NCBI RefSeq assembly: GCF_009914755.1
Contig: NC_060934.1
DNA: 64,000 nucleotides
DNA from: the human T2T-CHM13v2.0 reference genome, Homo sapiens
Direction: 5' to 3' (one strand)
In this document: piece by piece, positions 15,367 to 31,320 of the stretch
How the letters are laid out: each line of letters opens with the position of its first letter
Numbering within the stretch: position 1 is the stretch's first letter
Position numbers and translations under genes: made by a program
Notes under the pieces: model-generated
Seen by the model: only the letters and a program-made list of their open reading frames with translations
Databases searched by the model: none
What the model was told of the DNA's origin: nothing

Positions 15367-16000
<634 letters not shown>

Positions 16001-16416
16001 ACAATGGTGTATTCTGTTATGTGGCCATACCATATTTTCTTTATCCATTCATCAATTCATGGACATACGGGTTATTTCTACTTTTGGGCTATTATGAATA
16101 ATGGTCCTATGAACATACATGTACAAGTTTTTGGGTGGACATAATTATATATATCTTCGATATATAATGAGTGGAACCACTGGGTCATATGATAACTATA
16201 AAACAAAAAAATTTAAAGTTTACATTCAACTCATCTTCTAAGGGACGTTAAAAGTGATAAATTCATAACGCTGATAACACTGCATACAGCTTTTTTTCTT
16301 CTCTCCTATTTTTTCACCCCACCCTCATTTCATTATGAAAAATTCAGACATAAAAGTAAAGAGCATACCATAATATACCTACCACCGAAGTTTAGCAGAT
16401 AATATTATACATTATT

Positions 16417-16720
16417 GGCTGGGTACGGTGGCTCATGCCTGTAATCGTAGCTCTTTTGGAGGCCACGGCAGGTGTATCCCTTGAGGCCAGGAGTTCCAGA
16501 CCAGCCTGACCAACATGGCCAAACCCCGTCTCTACTAAAAATACAAAAATTAGCCAGGCATGGTGGCATGCACCTGTAATCCCAGCTACTCAGGTGGCCA
16601 AGACTCGAGAGTTGCTTGAACTTGGGAGGCAGAGGTTGCAGTGAGCCAAGATCAACAGAGCGAGACTGTCTCTAAATATAAATGTATATAAATATAAATA
16701 TATATATATATAAATATAAA
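16417..16720 (+). mobile_element. AluS with (TA)n-type tail
   Basis: Alu body with right-arm deletion, then TA-rich repeat. Confidence 0.9.
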
Positions 16721-17440
16721 CATACACATTGCATTATTTGCTTCATTTGTTTAATTTTTTTTCTGGAGAATCTGAAAGTAAATTACAAATAACCACTGCA
16801 GCTTACATCTCAAAAAAAAAAAAAAAAGACGTTTTCCTACATTGCTACAATCTTACGATTTCATTGCTGATGTTTGAGAGGCTGGCTTCAGTAGAGTGGT
16901 GGAAGTAGAAACTGGATTTTTCCTGACAAATACACATTCTTCAAAAACACATACACTGGGGTTGATAGTAAAATTAACACTACTACTTGTATGTCTTTTG
17001 TAATTTTTGGCTTGACTAGAACTGGATAATTTTGTGTATAATAATACTTTCAATTAATAATAGTTTTTAAAGCTTATTGATCTTTTATATCTTCATGAGC
17101 ACCCTGTGGTCTTTGTGTCTGTGACCCAGGCCCACCCTCCCTACCTGAGTGACTTATTCTTACCTGGAACCCAAGCTTCTGACCACAGAATTAGCGCTCT
17201 CTTCCACTGTATCAGTTTTCTCACTCATTGTCTCTTATGTTTCGAAAGAGTTGCCTCAGTTGAGGAATAGCCCTGAAGCCTGTCCTTTCTTCCTCGTTTT
17301 TCACTGCTGCTGCCTTGTTGGAATCCTCCTCTCCTGTCTCAACTATCACAGTAGCTTTCTTTCTAATTGGTCTTCTTGCTTCTACTTTCTCCTGTCTGAT
17401 GGGCAATCTGCTGCTTAATCTATATTTTATACTTTTACAG

Positions 17441-17532
17441 GTGTATACATTTCCAAATACTCCGACTGTCTTCATTCAAGACCATGGTATCATGGGAAAT
17501 CTGGTTATGTTGTAATTTTTAATATAATTAAG
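17441..17532 (+). CDS. TASOR2: TASOR2 upstream exon E (92 nt): GVYISKYSDCLHSRPWYHGKSGYVVIFNIIK
   Basis: acttttacag acceptor, AAG|gtaaag donor; GVYxS resembles the PARP GxYF motif; phase matches exons D and F. Confidence 0.85.
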
Positions 17533-18246
17533 GTAAAGCTTAAATGTGCTGTTACGTGATTTCCTTTTAAAGTTTAAGGTTATCTACCTTTGATATTCTC
17601 TGTAGATATTAGTTGAACATAGTTCTCACCAAAGTTAGCTATCCAAATTCAGGAAAAGCAAAACTATTTTTCCTTTTCTTTAAAAAGAAAACTTTGATTC
17701 ATTTACTAGATTGTAAACTTTTTTTTAACTTCAAAAATAATAAAAGGGTATGCAGGGAAAAATCTTCCTCTCACCTGTCAGAGCTACTTTTTAAATATGA
17801 AATAAGAGAAAACAAGTAGCTGCTTATAAGGTGATGTGATTACACTTATAAAAGATGAATTTAGAAAACAACATTCATTGTCTAATTTAAATGGTCAATA
17901 GAATCTTTATTTTCTTTCTCCATAAGACATCCAGCTTCACAGCTTCATGTGCTACCTAGAACTGATGATGCCACAAATCCTTAAATGTCCTAAATGGTAC
18001 TGTTAAGTGAATCGTGCAATTAGAATTTTCACCCAAACAGAAGGGAAACTGATTTTAGATGTGATTGGGCTTCTTGAGGACATTTCTGTGGTCTTGTTTT
18101 ATTGTTTTTTTTTTTAGCTTTGTTACTATCTTAAATTCTTTGGTTATCAGCCTAGCACTAAATGACCTTTAATTAAAAAAAAAAAAAAACAAGAGCCTGT
18201 GAATTCTTAATATTGTAAAGTTTGTTCTCAAAAAAGCGGAGGGAGA

Positions 18247-18655
<409 letters not shown>

Positions 18656-19069
18656 CTACTAATGCAGATAATAAGCATTTCGTTTTTTACTTAGATTATG
18701 CCTCAGCCTTGATTTCTTGCCACTAGCTGGAGATTGCTGTTTTGGCCTCTGTGCTCTCAATCTTCATTTTATTTCACAAAATCGAGCCGCACCCAGAACC
18801 ATAAAATGTTTGATGAGGAGATGGTAGAGATGATTGGTTACTGATAAGTACTATTTACATTTTTTGGCTTGGTGGTTTGGCCTTTGGTGGGTCTGTAAAT
18901 GAAGAGGCAGGACTTAAACAACAACAAAACATCTTCTTTTTTAAAAAGTAACTATATTCTTCTTATAAAAATTAAAATTGCCTATAGTCCCATATCCCAT
19001 TTTGATATAAGTTAATAACATCTTGTGAACATTGTCTTATGTCATTGTATTATTCAAAACAGCTTTTAA

Positions 19070-19420
<351 letters not shown>

Positions 19421-20039
19421 TGCTTGCTTTTTTCTTTTTTTTTGGAGAGACATGTAACCCTTGATGGAGAGAACTCTGTAATGGAAAATACTGCTGACTG
19501 TTCAGCAACCAGGACCAGCTGCCTGCTAAGAACTTTGCTACATATTTGCTCCTTGTTAACTTGCTGGGCCCTGTCATAATAGAAGTATCTCAGTTTATAA
19601 TTTACAACTGATCATAGTTCAGATTGGAAACTCATCTTTTGAAATTTTAGATTTTGTCCTCTTTTACATTACAGTCACCAAAGAGCCATTCAGTGACCGT
19701 AACATAAAAGATGGTGGGCTATAGTTTTTCTTTTAAGGAAATGGCTCTCTTAAATTTAGGGTGATTCGTATATTTCTTTGATATTGTGATAAAAACTATG
19801 GATATTTGTCTCAGACGCCCAAATGTCCAAAATTTTTGAGTCCATTTTTAAGGGTTCATGGATAATCAAAACTATTTTTGGCCTTAAGATAATTGTTTTT
19901 CTAAGAAGTATAGTTCTTAATACAGTTACTGTTAGGGGACACATATCTGCATCCTTGTTAGACTACTTCTAAATGAATCCTAGAGTAAAGGTTATTGCTA
20001 TTCGAAGGCATCTGATTAGTTTTAATATTTTCATTCTAG

Positions 20040-20177
20040 GGAAAAGTCAAGTTTGTGTCTGAGAATTATACAACTAACTATACTAAGCCATCTTCTGGCT
20101 ATGATTGCCACGTGTCTGAAAATACTAACAAGGTTTCTAACAAGACGAGTCATTTTCGTGCCTTTGAACTGAGTCAG
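20040..20177 (+). CDS. TASOR2: TASOR2 upstream exon F (138 nt): GKVKFVSENYTTNYTKPSSGYDCHVSENTNKVSNKTSHFRAFELSQ
   Basis: tcattctag acceptor, CAG|gtatag donor, phase 0/0; GYDCHVS resembles PARP GYDSV and TASOR ECHVS. Confidence 0.8.
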
Positions 20178-20323
20178 GTATAGTTACCTGTGAATGAGTA
20201 ACACCCAAGATATATTTCTGAGTCTAATGTGTTAAATTTCAGGGCTCGGTGGGGTTGAGAAAAACTTGGTACATATGCAGTTCCATAGTGCTACCCTGAT
20301 AATACTTATTTTTCCTCTTTCAG

Positions 20324-20448
20324 TATTACTTTTACGAACTTTCAGGCAACACCGTTATTGAACGACCCAGACAGATCTGTCCTTATGTAATTGTAGCTTT
20401 TCGATACAGGGAATCTAAAACTATGGCACCACCAGCTCATAAAAGCAT
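20324..20448 (+). CDS. TASOR2: TASOR2 exon G containing canonical ATG (20423): YYFYELSGNTVIERPRQICPYVIVAFRYRESKT-MAPPAHKS(I)
   Basis: ctctttcag acceptor, AT|gtaagt donor; ATG in strong Kozak context (ACTATGG); recognised TASOR2 N-terminus. Confidence 0.95.
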
Positions 20449-20534
20449 GTAAGTAATTATGTGCATGCTTTGTTTTACTGAATTTGTTCCTTTTACTCTT
20501 GTAAACATGTTCTTTTTCTTTCTTTTTCTGCTAG

Positions 20535-20554
20535 ACTTGAACGCAGTGAAAATG
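20535..20554 (+). CDS. TASOR2: TASOR2 20-nt microexon: (I)LERSEN(V)
   Basis: ttctgctag acceptor, ATG|gtaaga donor; required to keep frame between neighbouring exons. Confidence 0.92.
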
Positions 20555-20650
20555 GTAAGAAATAGTTCATTGATTCTTTTAGGTTTTTTTTTTCTTGAGT
20601 AAATGTTTCATCATAAATAATCAGTTTCTTTTTTACCTTCATTTCTTCAG

Positions 20651-20750
20651 TTCTCATGTCTCCATGGAAAGGGAAATTAATTGTTCAAGACCGTATGCTA
20701 TGTGATATAGCTCTTTGGTCCACTTACGGTGCAATGATTCCAACACAGCT
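20651..20750 (+). CDS. TASOR2: TASOR2 exon: [32 protein letters not shown] (start of SPOC-like domain)
   Basis: ttcttcag acceptor, CT|gtaagt donor; WKGKL resembles the SPOC-domain WxGxL motif. Confidence 0.93.
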
Positions 20751-21349
20751 GTAAGTATTAAATGTTATGTCCTTTACTAATGCTTATATTACAAGTTTTG
20801 GGGTTTTTTTTCCTCACCTCATTTCAAGGGTGGCATTGGTGTAAAATACAGCAACTGTTCTTGATTTTAGATGAGGGTATATTTGGGTAAATGTATAGCA
20901 CACAGGGTATGACATAGTAAACCTAAATTCTAATTTATTAATGGGAAAATGACCTCTTGGGATAAATTAAACTATTAGATACTAGAAATTTGACCTTCCC
21001 CAAGAAATAAATCAGATTTGCCTGATAGCAAATATAGCAGATTATAGCCACTTAATCGTATTATTTTTATTAACATTTGCAGTATCTGATTTTCAAATTT
21101 TAACATGATTTTCTTAGAAAAATGTTAGAATAGCTGTTACATGTATTTACATTAAAAGCAATTATCATGATTAATATTTTCTCCTGGGGAACTGTGAAGA
21201 ACATCTTAGGAAATCTTTTTGGTTCATCCTGTTCTTAGTTTGTACCCAAAACCATTAAGAAATAGTCATAGTTTAATTGAATTATAAGGTGAAAACTGAT
21301 GTGTTGTGAGGATTCATTTTTTTTTTTCCTATCGGCCTTTTTTAAGAAG

Positions 21350-22500
<1,151 letters not shown>

Positions 22501-22505
22501 CAGAG

Positions 22506-23135
<630 letters not shown>

Positions 23136-23457
23136 AAATAACTCATAAATAGCATAATTTTTTTTAATTCCTTATTCCTGTATACATAATTTTTTTGACA
23201 CATCTAGATACTTTGTCTGTACTGAAAATACATGTATTGAGAAGATGTGAACATATTTGCAGACCATGGTTTATGGGTCATATATTTGAAAATCTGTACT
23301 ACTTAAAAATACACATATTATTTAACCTGGAGCTTATCAACTTAAGGTCTTTTTTGTGGTTATATTTTTGTTTACATTTATATTAGAAAACCAAAACTTA
23401 AGAAAATTTAGATCCACTGTTTATTATTCTGCTTGATACTGTTGTGTTGTTTTTCAG

Positions 23458-23558
23458 ACCGCAGGAACTAGATTTTAAATATGTAATGAAAGTGTCTTCC
23501 TTGAAAAAAAGACTACCAGAGGCTGCCTTCAGAAAACAGAATTACTTGGAGGAGAAAG
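23458..23558 (+). CDS. TASOR2: TASOR2 exon: [33 protein letters not shown]
   Basis: ttttcag acceptor, AAG|gtctgt donor; within ORF 23444-23665; phases consistent. Confidence 0.93.
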
Positions 23559-24214
23559 GTCTGTTGAAATGTAATAACACGCTACTTGTCCTGGGCTTTG
23601 TTCTGGTTATTTTCTGCTCTCTTCCAAACACTCACACATGCACACTTCTGTTTCATCATAAGTGACTCTTAAAAGAGTCTTTTGTAAGAAAGCTGTAGAG
23701 TTACTATTTTCTTCAGTTCCTTGGAGGCCAACTAGAAACTGAAAGGTAGTTTCATCTAAGATGACAAAGGCTAGCTTTAATATAGAAATACTGATGCAAT
23801 TAAGCAAGCAGATATTAAAAGCATTTGGAAACTTGTAACTATTCCTCTCGAGGACAGAGTTTTTGTTGGTTTTATTTATAGAGGTACTTTTAAACTCAAA
23901 GAAAAACCATGAGAAGGAAATTTCTTGGTCATTTAGGTTAATTCATGGAGCACTGATGTTTATTCATGTAGTATGTATTTGTATTTGTCTTGTTAATCCT
24001 ATAGCAGTGTCAGTATAAATAAGAGCATTGTTTTAAAATAACTATTTTGGTGATGTTTTATGAGGGAGTTTTATAACCAAGAACAGTAAATGATAAAGGT
24101 TTCTGAGTAGTATTTCTATTCTTTCATTTTTGCAACATATAAAATGAACAAATTGACTATAAGTACATAATAGCGTATTAAAAATAAGAAATGTTTTTCT
24201 GGTTTTCTCTACAG

Positions 24215-24318
24215 TCTGTTTTCAAGATTTGTGCTTCAATTTGTATGAGGTAGAACTGTCAAACAGACAAGGGGAAAATATAGATAAATTAACAGAATGT
24301 ATTAAAAACAAGCAATTG
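24215..24318 (+). CDS. TASOR2: TASOR2 exon: [34 protein letters not shown]
   Basis: ctctacag acceptor, TTG|gtaagc donor; phases consistent. Confidence 0.93.
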
Positions 24319-24393
24319 GTAAGCATCACTAATTTAAAATATAATTATTATGTTTTTCTTTAATTGATATATATTAGTTGTGCCTAGATGGCA

Positions 24394-24478
24394 CATATAT
24401 ATATATTATATATATATATATAGATAGATAGATAGATATAGATATAGATATATAGATATAGATCGATATAGATATATA
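24394..24478 (+). repeat. (TA)n/(GATA)n/(TAGATA)n compound microsatellite
   Basis: Direct reading. Confidence 0.9.
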
Positions 24479-24537
24479 TTAGTTGTGCTGAAAGGAGTTT
24501 CATGTTTAATATTTATTTATATATTATTAATGTAATA

Positions 24538-25240
24538 CAGTATCTGTGGGGTATATGTTCCAAGACCCCCAGTGGATGCCTGAAACTGTGGATAGTACTG
24601 AACCCTATGTATACTGTGTTTTTTTCTATACATGCATACTTATGATAAAGTTTAATTTATAAATTAGGCACAGTAAGAGATTAACAACAATAATAAAATG
24701 GAATAGTTACAACAATATACTGTAAGAAAAGTTATGTGAGTGTGGACTGTCCATCTCAAAATATTTTATTTATTATGCTATACTTGAGTACTCCTTGTGA
24801 TGAATGAGGTAGGTGGTGCAGGCATTATGAAGTACTACTATTGCCCCAGAGGGTGGGTAGCATCTACAGCATAGATACACTGGACAAAGGGATGATTCAC
24901 GGCCAGGCGTGGTGGTTCACGCCTGTAATCCCAGCACTTTGGGAGACCAAGGCGGGCGGATCACGAGGTCAGGAGATCGAGACCATCCTGACTAACATGG
25001 TGAAACCCTGTCTGTACTAAAAAATTATCTGGGTGTGGTGATGGGCGCCTGTAGTCCCAGCTACTTGGGAGGCTGAGGCAGGAGAATGGCATGAACCCAG
25101 GAGGCGGAGCTTGCAGTGAGCCTAGATCGCGCAGCTGCACTCCAGCCTGGGCGATAGAGCAAGACTCCATCTCAAAAAAAAAAAAAAAAAAAAAAAAAGA
25201 TTGATTCACATACTGGGCAGGAGGGGCAAGAAGCAAGGAT
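24538..25240. mobile_element. MER44/Tigger7-like DNA transposon, interrupted by AluY
   Basis: gttccaagacccccagtggatgcctgaaac and ggacaaagggatgattcac motifs. Confidence 0.75.
24901..25198 (+). mobile_element. AluY
   Basis: Full dimer, long poly-A, tgattcac on both sides. Confidence 0.95.
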
Positions 25241-25260
25241 ACAAAGTAGTGTAGTCCCTA

Positions 25261-25562
<302 letters not shown>

Positions 25563-26660
25563 AAATAGGCTCTTAAATCATAGCTCCTGTAAGTCAAGGA
25601 GCTTAGGAGACTATGGAGGAGACAAATATGTAAGTCATCATGTGACATACAACACATAGGGGCTCTCATAGAATCTTGTTGAAACTCAAAGCAGTGATTC
25701 TTTTTGAGAGTGAGATATTAGTGTCATACCTTAATTGTAATGTAATAATTTAAAAAGTCTTATTTTGTATATTCATTGTGATTAAATAATATATTGATTT
25801 ATATTTGTAGCCTTATCACCTCTCAGTTTTGAAATAAAATGTTCTGTAAAATGGTATATTTTATTTAGGTGGTTTAACTGAAAAATTATTGTACTAATAT
25901 TGGATTTTATCTTTTATGTGTATATAGATTTTTGAAATGGTAAGCAGTGGAAAAGAAAAACTATTAAATTCATGATTTAGAACAACAGCTTTTAGACAAC
26001 TTCTGCTGCCTGGGGACAAAACTGCCCCAGTTACTGAAAGCATTAAAATTTCAAGACTTTTTTCTTGAGCTCAAGAGTCCACTGAAGACTCTAATAGAGG
26101 GGAACAAAAGAGAGGAAGAATTTATTTTCATCTGTATTTCTTGTTGCCCTGGAACTTGATTATTTTCTGTTATTTTCCATTTCTTAAGATGCATAGAAAG
26201 AAGTATTCTATTGGATGGTATCTTGCAGTCTTTTTAGATTCAGCGTTTTGGGATAATTTTCATGTAAATATGAGCTTAAGATGCTACTTATAGGTTTGAT
26301 TCATCTTGAGTTTATAATGACTACATGGTAACATATTGGCTGTTTAGGCAGTGGTATGAAATGTCAGCTGTCTCAGTGAAAAAAATAAGTCTTTTCTGAT
26401 TGATCTGCCATGTTCTTGAGCACTGTTCTAAAACTAACCTTTCATGTTCTGGTTATTTTATATAGACCCAACAGGGCCAAGATTATTTCAGCTAAGGAAC
26501 TTGAAGTTTCTGATACTGGGGACAGAATTACCCTGATTCCCATAACATTTGCAGAATTTTTTCTTTTCTTGAGGTCAATATTCACTAATGAGTATGGGTA
26601 GAGGGAGAAGAGAGGGATTGCAGAATATTCCTTCAGTTGAATTTTTCCTTTTTATTTAAG

Positions 26661-26733
26661 GCAATCATCAAATGCTTAGAAGATCGAGGGTTTTTCATTT
26701 TACTTACATCATCAGCCTTACTATCAGAACCAG
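26661..26733 (+). CDS. TASOR2: TASOR2 exon: AIIKCLEDRGFFILLTSSALLSEP
   Basis: tttaag acceptor, CAG|gtatgg donor; within ORF 26637-26903. Confidence 0.93.
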
Positions 26734-26836
26734 GTATGGAGAACTGTTTTGGGAAAAAATATTTTTCATTATGTTTACTTTTGCTTTATAAGATCAACAA
26801 CCTAACTTTTCTTCTTCTGATTCTCATTCTGCATAG

Positions 26837-26899
26837 ATTTTGGAGGCAAGCAGATGGGTCTGCATGGGTTACATTTATTTCGTTCACCCCTGTCAACAG
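26837..26899 (+). CDS. TASOR2: TASOR2 exon: (D)FGGKQMGLHGLHLFRSPLST
   Basis: ctgcatag acceptor, CAG|gtgagg donor; 63 nt, phase 1/1. Confidence 0.92.
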
Positions 26900-26919
26900 G
26901 TGAGGATACAATGGTTTCC

Positions 26920-27712
26920 AGCTCACTCTGTCTGTTGGATATATTTAGTCCTCATCTGACTTGACCTCTCAGCAGCACGTGACACTGTTGACTGTTTTTT
27001 CCTCTTAAATACCTCTTTTCTTAACATCACTGGTTCACCCTTCTTGACCTCCCTTGTAGGTTTATGCTTCCCTCTGAGCCTCAGTCCCATATCTCCACTT
27101 GTCTACTGACATTGCCACTGAGATATCTCAAAGGTGCCTTAAATTCAGCATGTCTAAAACTGAATTCATTTATTATTAAATTTTGCCATCGTCTCTCCTG
27201 TAAATATGTCTCAGAGTCTTCATAGGTGCTGTTCTCCTTATCTGGACCTTATCTGTTAGTCCTTTTCATATCAAGCCCATACATTTTTATTGTGATGTTG
27301 ATCCACCCAGAGGACCAAAATTTGGCTCCTGGGGGCAAAAAAAATTACTCATACAGTGCATAAACAGATATGCAGTGTATATCTGGTATTAAAATTTTGG
27401 AGGTCAATATGGGGGAAAAATGACTCTAAAAGGGCTGGGAAGGAGGATGACTAAAAAGATTGAGAAACACTAATCTAGCTTATTCTTCCTCCTATCTGTC
27501 AAACTCGGCTTCACTATCACTTTCTTTGTTCCCGTCAACACTCTTTGCTCACCTTAGACTCCTATGCTTATTTATCATTCATATAGTTTAAATATTTATT
27601 TGTATAATTATTTAATGCCTACCCTTCTTGTATTCTACTATATCCCTAGTGCCTAGCAATGCCAGGCACCTATAAAATAATAAATATTTGCTAAACAAAT
27701 AAATAAATGAGA
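26920..27712. mobile_element. L2 fragments
   Basis: cttgacctctcagcagca and ccctagtgcctagca...aataaatatttg L2 3'-end motifs. Confidence 0.55.
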
Positions 27713-27715
27713 GTT

Positions 27716-28011
27716 GACCAGTCACGGCAGCTCACACCTGTAATCCCAGCACTCTGGGAGGCCGAGGCAGGTAGATTTCTTGAGTTCAGGAGTTCTGAGA
27801 CCAGCCTAGGCAACATGTTGAGACCCTGTTTCTACAAAAAATAGAGAAAAATTAGGCGTGGTGGCTTGCACCTGTGGTCCAATCTCCTTGGGAGGCTCAG
27901 GTGGGAGGATCGCTTGAGCCCGAGACGTGGAGGTTGCAGCGAGCCAAGACTGTGTCACTGCCCTCCAGCCTGGGCAACAGAGTGAGACCCTGTTTCAAAA
28001 AAAAAAAAAAA
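27716..28011 (+). mobile_element. AluJ
   Basis: Diverged dimer, poly-A. Confidence 0.9.
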
Positions 28012-28129
28012 AGTCACTTTGTTGTATAATCACAATGTGTGTGTTTAAACATAAAACTCTATATAGTATTTATAAAGCTATAACCAATATAAACATGTTT
28101 TTAAAGTTTTTTAAAAAAATTCAGTTACT

Positions 28130-28410
28130 GGCTAGGCAGGGTGGCTCACGCCTGTAATCCCAGCACTTTGGGAGGCTGAGGCGGGTGGATCACGAGGTCA
28201 GGAGATCAAGACCATCCTGGCCAACATGGTGAAACCCCGTCTCTACTAAAATACAAAAAATTAGCTGGGCTTGGTGGTATGTGCCTCTAGTTCCAGCTAC
28301 TCAGGAGGCTGAGGCAGGGGAATCATTGGAACCCGGGAGGCAGAGATTACAGTGAGCCTGGTGACAGAGGGAGATTCTGTCTCAAAAAAATTAAAAAAAA
28401 AAACAAAACA
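28130..28410 (+). mobile_element. AluS (Sc-like)
   Basis: Dimer with right-arm deletion; flanking aattcagttact direct repeat. Confidence 0.9.
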
Positions 28411-28785
28411 ATTCAGTTACTTGAAGCAGAACGCTGTGCTTTCCTAGGCATCACATCTTTGGAATAAGCAAAACATTACCCATGATAATAACATAATTGG
28501 CAGCGACCGTTTGCATTTTTCAAGCATTTATCATGTCAGGTTTTGTGGTGGAAGTAATGGACTTAGCAATCCATAAAATAAGTACTCCTATAACGATTTC
28601 AAAGATGAAGAAACTCAGAGTTGAACTTGTTCAGGGTCTAACAGCTAACTTCAGATCTGGCTCCTGTAAGATTTCTAATTTCATTTTATTTTATTTTTTT
28701 TTTTTAGTTGTAAACTATAAAGTTTCAGGTATTTCATTAAAAGATTTTAACAAAGCGCAAGTTTAAAATTCTCACATAAATATGA

Positions 28786-29149
<364 letters not shown>

Positions 29150-29194
29150 GACCAGCGCAATAACTTTAAAACAATTTGGTTTATAAAAACGTTG

Positions 29195-29330
29195 TGCCCG
29201 GAGTGGTGGCTCACGCCTGTAATCCCAGCACTCCAGGAGGCTGAGGCAGGTAGATCACTTGAGCCCACTCGTTCAAGACCAGCCTGAGCAACATGACAAA
29301 TCCCATGTCTACAAAAAATACAAAAATTTT
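29195..29330 (+). mobile_element. Alu left monomer/FLAM
   Basis: Single monomer. Confidence 0.8.
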
Positions 29331-30270
29331 TATTTTGATATCTGGCCACATTTTCCTTTTTACTGTTATTTGTCCTTCATTTCCTTTTTCTAATAACTGC
29401 TTTAGTGCTAATGTATTTAACTAGAACTAACTTTGTGTTTCATTCTGAAGTTACTTTTCTTTAAAAAGAATGGTACAATTTTTATTTTCACTTACTAGGC
29501 CCTGAAGGCTGTTGTTTCTTGTGGCTTTATATTACTGACAACTCTGAAATTTTATAGGATTTTATTACCCAGTTCATAGGGACCAGACCTTTTCTCTTTT
29601 TTTTTCCCTTTTACTGTTTCCTTTATTCATTTTCAAAAAAAAGGAAAAATTAGCACTTCAGTCAAAGCATGGGCCCAGGAGAGGAGGTGAAACATAGACT
29701 AGTCAGTTTTAGAAGTTTTTATTTCATTTGCTAGAAAAGGTGATAAAGTTAGCAATAATCATTCCAGTGAGATTCCAGCATTATTTAGGGCTTCTACTTT
29801 TTTCAGTTCAGTTGACTTGCACTAACTTCTGAAAAGAATTTGAAGTGAGTTCAGTAAGGTACAGCTACAGTAAAATAAATTTTAAAACAAAATAAGAAAA
29901 AGTACGAAAGCAAATCTGCCAGCTCTAAAGACCAGTGGTACTGCTGTGATGAACCATTGAGCTCATGAGCTCCTTGTTAGGTGAGATGGAGCTGGAGGCA
30001 GGGTTTAGTTTACTTGTTCTAACCTAGTGATTGCATGTCAGATGATTCTTTTTCAGTTCAGTGTGTGTGTGTATGTAATTTCAAGTATATGGAGATACAT
30101 TTGTTAAATGTACCTCTAAGTCTTCTATTAATTGCCATTTAGGTTGTCATTTGAAATACTATAACATATTTAACCATCACATAATTTTGAAATCTAAAGC
30201 TTTTTTTTCCAGAATGTTTTGTTTTTAAAAAATAAACTTCAGATGTTTAATACGTGTGTATATATTCTAG

Positions 30271-30987
30271 GGGTGAAAGATTTGAAAGTTGAAGATGACA
30301 TCTCAATGAAGGTGATACCTATTTTATCTACCCTTAATTGTGCCCTGCTAGAAACAAAGAAATCACTTCCTGAAGAAAGAATCCATCCAAACACATTAGT
30401 AAAGCGTCATTTCCAAGAATTGTACAAGGCGGACAGAAGCCCTTCATTGAGTGTTGCTCCTCAGGATAGAATGAAAGACCCTACATTCTTGGGGAAACTG
30501 CCCAGTGGTTTTGACTTGATTCCTCCAGCTGAAAAGTGCCCTTCAGAGTCTTTAACTCAGTTGAACTCTTATTTTTCAGACCCTAGTGCTTACATTTTGG
30601 AAGTGTCTACTGCTTTGGACTTGCTAGCAGAGCATCCTCAGTCTCCTTGTGTTTCAGACGGAATTTGTGATGCTGGATTTTCCTTAGTTATGACTCCAGA
30701 TCCTGAATTTCTTGTCTCAGAGGCAGAAGTGAGAAAAGAAACTGAAACAAAAAAGGATTCTGAAGAAATGTTGAAAGCAAAGAAGAGAGTTTTTCCATTG
30801 AGTCCAGCGTCAAATCTGAGAGTGCAGCCTAAGAGGAAGGCCAGCATGCCCCACATGGTGCAGAGTAAAAAGGTGAACTTGTGCCGCCCCTTTCCCAAAA
30901 GAACTGCTTCCAGAGCAGACAACAGCTCGGACTCTCCAACAACTCTTAAGTTAGTTAAAGGACAGTTTCCTCAGAAAAGAAAAAGAG
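30271..30987 (+). CDS. TASOR2: TASOR2 exon (717 nt): VKDLKVEDD...PQKRKR, with basic NLS-like clusters
   Basis: ORF 30219-31112; attctag acceptor, GAG|gtaagc donor. Confidence 0.95.
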
Positions 30988-31030
30988 GTAAGCACGATTT
31001 ATTTATGTGGGTTATTATAATAATAGTTGT

Positions 31031-31320
31031 GGCCAGGCGTTGGTGGCTCATGCCTGTAATCCCAGCACTTTGGGAAACCAAGTGGGTGGATCACCTAAGG
31101 TCAGGAGTTTGAGACCAGTCTGACCAATACGGTGACACCCTGTCTCTACTAAAAATACAAAATTAGTTGGGTGTGGCGGTGCGTGCCTGTAGTCCTAGCT
31201 ACTCGGAAGGTTGAGGCACAAGAATCATTTGAACCCAAGAGACAGAGGTTGCAGTGAGCCGAGATCACGCCATTGCGCTCCCGCCTGGGTGACGAGCAAA
31301 TCTCCATCTCAATAATAATA
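31031..31320 (+). mobile_element. AluS with TSD ATAATAATAGTTGT
   Basis: Full dimer 43 nt downstream of an exon donor; flanking direct repeats. Confidence 0.93.
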
